From Cylindrospermopsis raciborskii Cr2010 (GTDB lineage: Bacteria; Cyanobacteriota; Cyanobacteriia; Cyanobacteriales; Nostocaceae): DNA of 32,000 nt. Location: the NCBI RefSeq assembly GCF_003367075.2, contig NZ_CP065936.1, forward strand, positions 1,770,001-1,802,000. Reading direction: 5' to 3'. The position numbers were made by a program, and so were the translations under genes. Below the pieces are notes generated by a model that made no database searches, had not been told where the DNA came from, and worked only from the letters and a program-made list of their open reading frames with translations. This document shows positions 9,939-17,864 of the stretch, one piece after another; position 1 is the first letter of the stretch; each line of letters opens with the position of its first letter.

Positions 9939-10370
9939 TCAATCCTTAGGAAGGATTCTGGGACGTGAAACTTGTAAATCAGAGGCCCTTTGAAAGTCAA
10001 AACCAGCTCCATTTTCATCTCCCAATTCACAAGAAAATCGCCGCTCATAGTATGCTGAGGCAAATTCAGGGGAAATCTCAAATGTTGCAACTGGATGGTT
10101 TTCCCCACTATTAAATTTTACTGTGGCTAAATCTACCCCTTCTCCTAATTTTATACTGCTATTGTCTAAGGGATATTCCCGTCCACTAGCGGCAATTACT
10201 GTATAATTCTCTTTTGTACACGTGTTTTTGTTATTCTTGCTACTACTAATCTTTTGCGGTATTTTGCAAACTACATGAGCGCTGGTTAGAACAGTGTAAG
10301 TATTTCCCTCCCGGGCAATTATTACTCCAGACCCATTATTGCTACGATAGATAATCCACATAAATAACAT
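9939..10370 (-). pseudogene. Remnant of a trypsin-like (S1) serine protease domain
   Basis: NNGSGVIIAREGNTYTVLTSAHVV matches the N-terminal part of the catalytic domain including the catalytic His context; no signal peptide, no GNSGG serine motif, and unrelated C-terminal residues before the stop. Confidence 0.6.
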
Positions 10371-10389
10371 TTAGCAGTGAGGAAGGAAA

Positions 10390-12252
10390 ATGTACCATAG
10401 GAATTGTCTGGAAGTTCAGAATTTGCGAGTAGAATTTTCCGGGGATGGTGCTCAGGTACAAGCTATCGATGGCATTAGTTTTGATGTACTCCAAGGTCAA
10501 ACCCTGGGAATAGTTGGTGAGTCCGGTAGTGGTAAATCAGTCACAGCTCTGGCAATTATGGGTTTATTACCATACCCCGGTCAGGTAACTGGAGGACAAA
10601 TTTTATTCCGCAATCAAAAAAATGCCCAACCCCTAGATTTATTAGCTCTACCCTCACGGGAAATCCAGCTTTACCGTGGTGGGGATATGGCAATGATTTT
10701 TCAAGAACCAATGACTTCCCTCAATCCGGTTTATAACATTGGTTTTCAGTTAACAGAAGCAATTGAGCGCCATCAAAATGTCACCCTAGCTGAAGCTAAA
10801 AGAATTGCGATCGCCCGATTACAGGAAGTAAAGCTATTACCCAAGGATGAAAACATTAAACAGCAGTATTTAGAAAACTGGCATCAAACCCATCCCAAAA
10901 AGCCACTACCCAGTGATTATCAATTAGCACAACTAGTGAAAGAATATAAAATGGCCATGCTAGAACGCTACCCCCATGAGTTGTCAGGGGGTCAGTTGCA
11001 AAGGGTCATGATTGCCATGGCAATTTGTTGTAATCCATCTTTGTTAATTGCTGATGAACCAACAACTGCTTTGGATGTAACAGTCCAAGCGACAATTATG
11101 GAACTGATGAGAGAACTCCAAAAAAGTCGTAATATGGCTATGATTTTCATCAGTCATGATTTAGGACTAGTTGCTGAAATTGCCGATCAAGTAGCAGTGA
11201 TGTATAAAGGTAAAATTGTCGAATGTGGTTTGGCATCACAAATTTTCACCCATCCCCAGCACCCATACACTAAAGGTTTAGTAGCTTGTCGTCCCACTCT
11301 TAACCAGCGACCACAAAAATTGCTGACGGTTTCTGACTACATGATAGTACAAAGATATCCCAATGGAGAGCTGATTATTAAGTCAAAAGAACCGAATATC
11401 CCTCGACAAATTACCCCAGCAGAAATTGAAACACGAATAGATGATTTAACCAGAAAATCCCCACTTTTGCAAATTCACAACCTCAAGGTGGGCTTTCCTG
11501 TTCGCGGTTTGTTGGGCGGTAACAAACGATATAATATAGCTGTCAATGGTGTTTCCTTTGATGTCTATCCAGGAGAAACTTTAGGTTTAGTGGGAGAATC
11601 GGGTTGCGGTAAAACTACTTTGGGTAGAACCTTGATCAGATTAATTCAACCCATGGCGGGAAAAATTATATTTGAAGGACAAAACATCACTAATTTTGCA
11701 GGAACTCAATTACAGACTCTGAGAAAACAGATGCAAATAATTTTTCAAAACCCTTTTAGTTCCCTCGACCCAAGAATAAAAATTGGTGAAGCAATTATGG
11801 AACCATTGTTAATTCATTCCCTAGGGAAAACCAAACAACAGCGTCAGGACATAGTTGTCCAACTTTTAGAGCGAGTGGGATTAAGTGCAAATGATATGAA
11901 TCGCTATCCCCATCAATTCTCTGGTGGTCAACGTCAGCGTATTTGTATAGCCCGTTCTTTGGCACTAAATCCTAAATTTATTATTTGCGATGAGTCGGTT
12001 TCCGCTCTCGATGTCTCCGTTCAAGCTCAGGTCTTAAATCTCTTGAAGGAATTACAACAGGAATTTCAATTAACTTATATTTTCATTTCCCATGATTTAA
12101 GTGTGGTTAAATTTATGAGCGATCGCATTTTGGTCATGAATGAAGGTAAAATTGTGGAGGTTGGTACGTCTGAGAGTATTTATCGTCAACCTAGGGAAGA
12201 ATACACAAAAAAACTAATAGCCGCCATTCCCCAAGGAAATATTAACTACTAG
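10390..12252 (+). CDS. Dipeptide/oligopeptide-type ABC transporter, fused tandem ATP-binding protein (DppD-DppF / GsiA-like)
   Basis: Two complete NBDs: GESGSGKSVTALAI/LSGGQLQRVMIAMAI/LLIADEPTTALDVT and GESGCGKTTLGRTLI/FSGGQRQRICIARSL/FIICDESVSALDVS. Confidence 0.92.
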   Translation: MYHRNCLEVQNLRVEFSGDGAQVQAIDGISFDVLQGQTLGIVGESGSGKSVTALAIMGLLPYPGQVTGGQILFRNQKNAQPLDLLALPSREIQLYRGGDMAMIFQEPMTSLNPVYNIGFQLTEAIERHQNVTLAEAKRIAIARLQEVKLLPKDENIKQQYLENWHQTHPKKPLPSDYQLAQLVKEYKMAMLERYPHELSGGQLQRVMIAMAICCNPSLLIADEPTTALDVTVQATIMELMRELQKSRNMAMIFISHDLGLVAEIADQVAVMYKGKIVECGLASQIFTHPQHPYTKGLVACRPTLNQRPQKLLTVSDYMIVQRYPNGELIIKSKEPNIPRQITPAEIETRIDDLTRKSPLLQIHNLKVGFPVRGLLGGNKRYNIAVNGVSFDVYPGETLGLVGESGCGKTTLGRTLIRLIQPMAGKIIFEGQNITNFAGTQLQTLRKQMQIIFQNPFSSLDPRIKIGEAIMEPLLIHSLGKTKQQRQDIVVQLLERVGLSANDMNRYPHQFSGGQRQRICIARSLALNPKFIICDESVSALDVSVQAQVLNLLKELQQEFQLTYIFISHDLSVVKFMSDRILVMNEGKIVEVGTSESIYRQPREEYTKKLIAAIPQGNINY

Positions 12253-12260
12253 CAATTGAA

Positions 12261-13049
12261 TTAAACTACTAACTTCCAACTAACCATCACCAAAATGCTG
12301 TAGATAATTAACTTAAGTGGACGTTGTGGAGTAATTTGGCAAAGTTTTGAACCCAGTACCACCCCTGGGACTGAACCTATCCATATTGGTAATACTAAAC
12401 TCCAATCCACCGTTCCCAAGGTCAAGTGACCCAAGGATGTAAATATTAATAGGATTGCTGCTTGGGTAATATCTGTGCCTACCAAATTTTGTGCATCTAA
12501 GCTAAACAAAGTAACTAATACCAATGCGAACATAGAACCAGATGAAACACTAGTCATACCGACACAGAATCCTAAAAAGACCCCGATTAACAAGGTTAAA
12601 AAACGACCTTGATCGGTTTTAACATTTAATTTAGGGGGTTCGGGCAAATTGAGCTGGGGGAACAGTGTGATTATTACCATTTGTGCTAATGCTGTTAGTG
12701 TCACTATCAAAATCATTATTCCTAATAACTTCAATAAGAGACTATCCATCTCATACCCATTAGTTCTAAGTTGATGTAAAACACCTACACCTACCAGCGA
12801 TCCAGAAACACTACCCATGGCTAACCATTTAACCACTTCCATGTCTAGGGTTTTTTGTTGCCAATGTTTAACCCCACCCACTACCTTCATTAGCGTAGCA
12901 GCTACAACATCTGAACTGATAGTAATAGAAGGTGGAACTTGAAAAACGAAAATCAACATGGGAGTAACCAGGGATGCGCCTCCTACTCCTGTCAAACCCA
13001 CAATGGTGCCAATAAAAAAGCTGAAAACTGGTAGCAGTAAGTAGTCCAT
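12261..13049 (-). CDS. Sulfite exporter TauE/SafE family permease (copy 1)
   Basis: Multi-TM protein with VGLTGVGGASLVTPMLIF and a second-half repeat FLGFCVGMTSVSSGS; start chosen at MDYLLLP (ORF track start 13061). Confidence 0.8.
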   Translation of the reverse strand: MDYLLLPVFSFFIGTIVGLTGVGGASLVTPMLIFVFQVPPSITISSDVVAATLMKVVGGVKHWQQKTLDMEVVKWLAMGSVSGSLVGVGVLHQLRTNGYEMDSLLLKLLGIMILIVTLTALAQMVIITLFPQLNLPEPPKLNVKTDQGRFLTLLIGVFLGFCVGMTSVSSGSMFALVLVTLFSLDAQNLVGTDITQAAILLIFTSLGHLTLGTVDWSLVLPIWIGSVPGVVLGSKLCQITPQRPLKLIIYSILVMVSWKLVV

Positions 13050-13692
13050 CCTTCCCCTCATCTACATCAAAATAATAGTATATGGTGCATTAGTATCCTA
13101 ACATACATCTTTCAAGTCCCAGTAAATTACTAAAACTCGACTGGATTACCGTATTTAATCACGGTTAAACCTCGGATGTCAAGAGGTGAGAAGGATTATT
13201 TTCTTGTTTTTCCAAGTCTGGGTTGTGTGGATATTTCAGTGGTGATTTTCCCCAGAAGTGAAAATATAAACTACTCTTTTGGGTGATTATTTATTAAAGT
13301 AATCAAGCAAAAACTATCAAATTGGTGATGATTAAATAATTATTGAAAATTCACCAAGGTATACATTTCTTAATATGGATTTATTTGGGTAAAAGTGATT
13401 ACTGGAGAGGAGTTCTGGGATAACCTGAGTTGGGGATGGTTATAATAGCTAATTTCCCCCCAATCCCACGTTATTGAGTGTCTTAACAATGATCAATAAA
13501 TTGTTAAAATATTGGAAAAGACTTGCATAATCAAAAAAAATAATGTAGGATAAACCGTAACACAGTGTAACCCATATATCCTAATAACAAGTTTTATTGT
13601 GATCAGGAAAAACAGTCTTGGTCTGTTGAACTTATCCAATTACTTTCCAACATAAACATATTAACCACTAATCAGCAACTATTAATCAACAA

Positions 13693-14541
13693 ATGGGGGA
13701 AAACTTGAGTATATTGGCATTTTCTGCATTAGTTTGGATGGGATCCTTTAGTGCTGGTTTAGTAGGTTCCTTAACCGGTTTAGGAGGGGGTGTTGTCATA
13801 GTTCCGCTATTAACTTCCGTTTTTGGGGTTGATATTCGTTACGCTATTGGTGCTTCCTTGGTTTCAGTTATTGCTACATCCTTAGGTTCAGCATCGACAT
13901 ATATTAGAAAGGGATTTACTAATATTCGACTAGGAATGTTTTTAGAGGTTGCTAGTACTATTGGTGCGGTTGTTGGTGCATCCATAGCTACCATTGTTTC
14001 AGTTAAATTCCTCACTATCGTTTTAGCATTTGTGCTAATTTATTCAGCATATTTATCCCAAAGACCAAAAACGGAATGTGTTGAGGTTGTCAAATCAGAT
14101 CCCCTAGCTGAATACCTCCAATTAAATGGTACTTACCCCATAAATGATGGTGTAATGTCTTATCAAGTAAACTCCCTACCTGCTGGTTTTAGCATTATGT
14201 TACTAGCAGGAATTCTTTCTGGTTTACTAGGTATTGGGTCTGGAGCATTTAAAGTTTTAGCCATGGATCAAGCAATGGGTTTACCCTTTAAAGTTTCCAC
14301 TACCACTAGCAATTTTATGATTGGTGTAACAGCAGCAGCTTCTGCTGGCATATATCTAAGTAGGGGATATATTGAGCCAGGCTTGTCTATGCCCGTACTG
14401 TTGGGAGTTTTACCGGGTGCTTTTTTAGGGGCCAGAATTTTAATTGGTGCCAAAACTCAAACCCTCAGAATTATCTTCAGTATCATCTTAGTAGTGATGG
14501 CACTAAAAATGGTCTATAACGGTTTAACAGGGGGAGTATAA
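13693..14541 (+). CDS. Sulfite exporter TauE/SafE family permease (copy 2)
   Basis: AGLVGSLTGLGGGVVIVPLLTSVF and ILSGLLGIGSGAFKVLAMDQAMGLPFKVSTTTSNFMIG internal repeat pattern of the family. Confidence 0.88.
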   Translation: MGENLSILAFSALVWMGSFSAGLVGSLTGLGGGVVIVPLLTSVFGVDIRYAIGASLVSVIATSLGSASTYIRKGFTNIRLGMFLEVASTIGAVVGASIATIVSVKFLTIVLAFVLIYSAYLSQRPKTECVEVVKSDPLAEYLQLNGTYPINDGVMSYQVNSLPAGFSIMLLAGILSGLLGIGSGAFKVLAMDQAMGLPFKVSTTTSNFMIGVTAAASAGIYLSRGYIEPGLSMPVLLGVLPGAFLGARILIGAKTQTLRIIFSIILVVMALKMVYNGLTGGV

Positions 14542-14545
14542 TAAC

Positions 14546-15112
14546 ATGTATAAATTAAATTCTGGTTTTAGATGGACTTCATCAGCGGAAATAGAAATCG
14601 AATTAATGGGACTGGTTCTGATTCCAGAAGAAACCGATTCTGATATTGAACAATTAGAGCAACAGCAGCTGGATCAAAGTAACAGTATAAATAATACTAA
14701 CTTTTCTGGTGAAATTACTAGTTTTTACCATCCAAATAAGTCGCAATCTGAACAACAACTAGAAAACATCCTGAGTAATTTACTCGGACATGGTGTGTTA
14801 ATTGCTAGCACTGTTGTGTTTGCGGGAGGGATGTTATATTTAATCCGTCATGGTTTTGAACCTGCTGAGTATAACACATTTAGAGGTACACCATCCCAGT
14901 TTTGTTCACCAGTGGGTGTGATAAATGCGATTTTTTCTGGTAGTGGAAGGGGGATAATTCAACTAGGACTTCTAATCTTGATCTCTGTCCCTATTTTGCG
15001 AGTGGTTATTTCCTTTTTGGTTTTTATGTTCCAGAGAAAATTTACTTACGTGGTGATGACCTTCCTGGTACTTGCTACTATTAGTTATAGTTTGGTAAGT
15101 GCTTCTTTGTAA
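14546..15112 (+). CDS. DUF1634 domain membrane protein, paired with TauE/SafE copy 2
   Basis: HGVLIASTVVFAGGMLYLIRHG ... GRGIIQLGLLILISVPILRVVISFLVFMFQRKFTYVVMTFLVL; starts 4 nt after the permease gene. Confidence 0.8.
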   Translation: MYKLNSGFRWTSSAEIEIELMGLVLIPEETDSDIEQLEQQQLDQSNSINNTNFSGEITSFYHPNKSQSEQQLENILSNLLGHGVLIASTVVFAGGMLYLIRHGFEPAEYNTFRGTPSQFCSPVGVINAIFSGSGRGIIQLGLLILISVPILRVVISFLVFMFQRKFTYVVMTFLVLATISYSLVSASL

Positions 15113-16047
15113 TACGGAGAAATACTTGCACTTTTTATTAGACCAGTGGCAGTTTTTTTACCTGTAGCAGCAGTCTGATTTTGAAACAGTACAAAAGCAG
15201 CAACAGCTATTAAAAAATAACCAAAATACTTCTGTAATTTTCTTCCATCAATGAACCCAGACAGATAACCACCAAAAAAGCTACCTAAACTAGCAGCAAG
15301 AATAAAACTACCTATTAAATTCCAATCCAAATTCACACGTCCCAAATAACCCAAAAAACCTGCCATTGCATTAGCTACTAAAATTAACAAAGAAGTACCA
15401 ATGGCTTCTTTCATGGGTGTTTTACCTAAAATTACTAAAGCAGGGACAATGGCAAAACCGCCTCCAACCCCTATCAACCCAGTTAATGTTCCCACTCCCA
15501 ACCCCTCGGTTAACAACCATAACCAGCAATACTTGCAAACTGGGGGTTGGTAAATATGCTCGTAAACATCATCTTGACAAATATCTTCATCCTGTGGTGG
15601 ATAACCCCGATCTAAATCGAAAGATCTATCCTTTCTTGCTTGTAAATCCTTTTGGTATTTTACGGATGATTTATCTGGATTTTGCCTACTTCTTCTGATC
15701 ATAAGGAATGCTGCTATCAACATCACAATTGCAAAAAGCAGCATTTGTAAATTGTCAGTAATAAATGGTAAACCTGCAATTTTAGCACCTAAAAAAGCAC
15801 CTAACATGGTAGCGGAGCCAAAAATAAACGCCTTACGAAAATTGATATTTCGATTTTTCCAGTGAGGAATTAATCCAATCAAGCTGACCGTACCAACAAT
15901 GATTAAGGTCATGGCAATTGCTGACTTGGTTGGCACCCCCATCACATACACTAAAACCGGTAGGGCTAAAACTGAACCACCACCACCTATTAACCCTAAG
16001 CTAATACCTATTCCAGTCGCCAAAATATGTCCTAAGATCCACATCAT
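15085..16047 (-). CDS. Sulfite exporter TauE/SafE family permease (copy 3), with Cys-containing central loop
   Basis: ISLGLIGGGGSVLALPVLVYVMGV and GTLTGLIGVGGGFAIVPALVILGKTPMKEAIGTSLLI duplicated signature. Confidence 0.9.
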   Translation of the reverse strand: MMWILGHILATGIGISLGLIGGGGSVLALPVLVYVMGVPTKSAIAMTLIIVGTVSLIGLIPHWKNRNINFRKAFIFGSATMLGAFLGAKIAGLPFITDNLQMLLFAIVMLIAAFLMIRRSRQNPDKSSVKYQKDLQARKDRSFDLDRGYPPQDEDICQDDVYEHIYQPPVCKYCWLWLLTEGLGVGTLTGLIGVGGGFAIVPALVILGKTPMKEAIGTSLLILVANAMAGFLGYLGRVNLDWNLIGSFILAASLGSFFGGYLSGFIDGRKLQKYFGYFLIAVAAFVLFQNQTAATGKKTATGLIKSASISPYYKEALTKL

Positions 16048-16089
16048 AGTTTCTTATACCCCACTTGCAATCCACCAATTTTTAAAAAC

Positions 16090-16109
16090 AGACCCCCTGT
16101 AGGGAGTCT
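16090..16109 (-). terminator. Candidate rho-independent terminator between rhodanese gene and TauE/SafE copy 3
   Basis: On minus strand AGACTCCC-TACA-GGGGGTCT followed by GTTTTTAAA; one wobble pair in an 8-bp stem. Confidence 0.6.
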
Positions 16110-16117
16110 TAGTATTT

Positions 16118-16657
16118 TCAACCTCTTTGGTTATAGGGCAATTTCTTCAATAGCATAGCCATGGCACAAGTATTAGTTAACCCAGCAAATACCAAACCAC
16201 TCCCTACAAAACCACTTAAAATTAAAAACCAAGGAGAAACCAAAACTCCTAAAACTGTCCCAGCAACTACCAAAGTTCCTGCCACTATTTGCACTTGTCT
16301 CATTATACTTATAGGAGCATTTTTATTCCTATTAGTTACATACCCTGACTTTTTCCAAGCACTAATTCCTCCCTCCAATTGACTGAAATCCCTAAATCCA
16401 AATTCTATTAATCTATGAGCAGCTTGTTGGGATCTATTTCCTGAATGGCAATAAATAACTATCTTTTTGCCAGTTAATAAGGATATTTTTTCTGGCTCCA
16501 ATTTTGATAGAGGTAAAAGTTGAGAACCGGGAATATGCTCACCCATAAATTCTTCCTGCTCTCTCACATCTATCAAATGTACTCTTTGGCTTTCTAACAA
16601 TTCTTTCACCTGTGAAGCATCTAATGCTTGTAATTCTTCTTTACCTGAAATCTCCAT
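16118..16657 (-). CDS. Rhodanese-like domain protein with C-terminal DUF2892 two-TM domain (YgaP-like)
   Basis: VHLIDVREQEEFMGEHIPGS and active-site YCHSGNRS; C-terminal RQVQIVAGTLVVAGTVLGVLVSPWFLILSGFVGSGLVFAGLTNTCAMAMLLKKLPYN. Confidence 0.9.
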   Translation of the reverse strand: MEISGKEELQALDASQVKELLESQRVHLIDVREQEEFMGEHIPGSQLLPLSKLEPEKISLLTGKKIVIYCHSGNRSQQAAHRLIEFGFRDFSQLEGGISAWKKSGYVTNRNKNAPISIMRQVQIVAGTLVVAGTVLGVLVSPWFLILSGFVGSGLVFAGLTNTCAMAMLLKKLPYNQRG

Positions 16658-16704
16658 TTGCCTACTCCTGTTGCCATATTTACCAATTTATCCGGTCCAC
16701 ACCC

Positions 16705-17400
16705 TTAAACCGCCTTACCGCAAAGTTGATTCGCAGGAACTGCTGCCATCATTTTCTGAGGATTTGGCAAGTTCAATTCATTCATTAGTTTGACAAATGT
16801 CTCCCGATTATATCCCTTAAACCGAGGGTTATATTTTCTTTCTTCACCGATAGTAGAAACTGTAAAACCTCTATAATCATGTCCTGGATAAACTTCTATT
16901 TCGTCCGGAAGTGTAAACAATTTTTCGGTGACAATGTCAAATAGAGTTTCCGCACTTCCACTTTGAAAATCAGTTCTCCCGCAACCTCTAATTAATAATG
17001 AATCCCCAGTAAACAACTTCTCTTGATTGACTAAAAAAGCTAAATGACTGTCCGTATGTCCCGGTGTCCCAATCGCTAAAACATTAATCTCCCCCAGGGT
17101 TAATATTTCCCCATCTTCCATCTGTTTGTCCGCACAACTGACGAAAGAATTAGCAGGTACAATCCCCAAACACCCTGTTCGCTCCCGCAGTTTGCCTGTA
17201 CCTGTGATATGATCAGCATGAATATGAGTTTCTAAGCAATACTGTAATGTTAAACCTAGTTCCTCAATTACCTGTAAGTCCCTTTCTACTTGCTCCACCA
17301 CAGGATCCACTAGCACGGCCGCTTTTGTCTGCTCGTCAGCAATTAAGTATGTATATGTGCTAGATTCTCTGTCAAAAAGTTGTCTAAATAACATATTCAC
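16705..17400 (-). CDS. MBL-fold hydrolase of the ETHE1/Blh persulfide dioxygenase type
   Basis: ETHIHADHITG metal-binding motif, GTPGHTDSH, FTGDSLLIRGCGRTDFQSGSAETLFDIV, VYPGHDYRG. Confidence 0.88.
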   Translation of the reverse strand: MNMLFRQLFDRESSTYTYLIADEQTKAAVLVDPVVEQVERDLQVIEELGLTLQYCLETHIHADHITGTGKLRERTGCLGIVPANSFVSCADKQMEDGEILTLGEINVLAIGTPGHTDSHLAFLVNQEKLFTGDSLLIRGCGRTDFQSGSAETLFDIVTEKLFTLPDEIEVYPGHDYRGFTVSTIGEERKYNPRFKGYNRETFVKLMNELNLPNPQKMMAAVPANQLCGKAV

Positions 17401-17428
17401 CCTCGACTTTTACCCTCTGCCTACTTGA

Positions 17429-17461
17429 TAATATAACCATATTACTATACAGTAGAATAGT
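17429..17461. promoter_or_regulatory. Candidate ArsR-family operator / divergent promoter region
   Basis: TAATAT-AACC-ATATTA perfect palindrome (17429-17444) sharing its last A with a second dyad ACTAT-N8-ATAGT (17444-17461), in the divergent gap between the dioxygenase and ArsR genes. Confidence 0.5.
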
Positions 17462-17505
17462 CAAGTACAAATTTCAGAAATTCTCTAAAATTTTCCGAAT
17501 TTTTT

Positions 17506-17838
17506 ATGTCAGATATGTATCCAGAAGCTCTAATCCATGTTGCAGAATATTTCAAAGTGTTGTCGGAGGTAAGTCGATTACAGGTTTTGTGCTGTTTGAA
17601 GACAGGAGGAAAAAATGTCACCCAGGTAATAGCAGAAACCGGTCTAGGTCAAGCGAATGTGTCTAAACACCTGAAGATTCTGACCCAAGCAGGTATTGTA
17701 AAAAGAAGACCTGAAGGGGTGATGGTGATTTATGAGATTGTGGATCCCATATTGTTTCAACTGTGCGATTTAGTGTGCGATCGCTTGCAGGTTAGATTAG
17801 AAGAGCAGACCAGGGAGTTACAGGATCTTAGATTGTAA
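17506..17838 (+). CDS. ArsR/SmtB family transcriptional regulator, BigR/SqrR/YgaV-like
   Basis: FKVLSEVSRLQVLCCLKTGGKNVTQVIAETGLGQANVSKHLKILTQAGIVKRRPEGVMVIYEI wHTH; Cys29, Cys30, Cys87 and Cys91. Confidence 0.88.
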   Translation: MSDMYPEALIHVAEYFKVLSEVSRLQVLCCLKTGGKNVTQVIAETGLGQANVSKHLKILTQAGIVKRRPEGVMVIYEIVDPILFQLCDLVCDRLQVRLEEQTRELQDLRL

Positions 17839-17864
17839 GAAACTCCCAGATACTTCGAGTTTTA

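Noticed and set aside
9914-10108. 64-aa minus-strand ORF beside the protease remnant
   Set aside because: Mostly an alternate frame of the same DNA as the S1 protease fragment; does not look like the missing protease C-terminus.
15417-15698. Plus-strand 93-aa ORF inside TauE/SafE copy 3
   Set aside because: Antisense to a confident permease gene; no coding signature.
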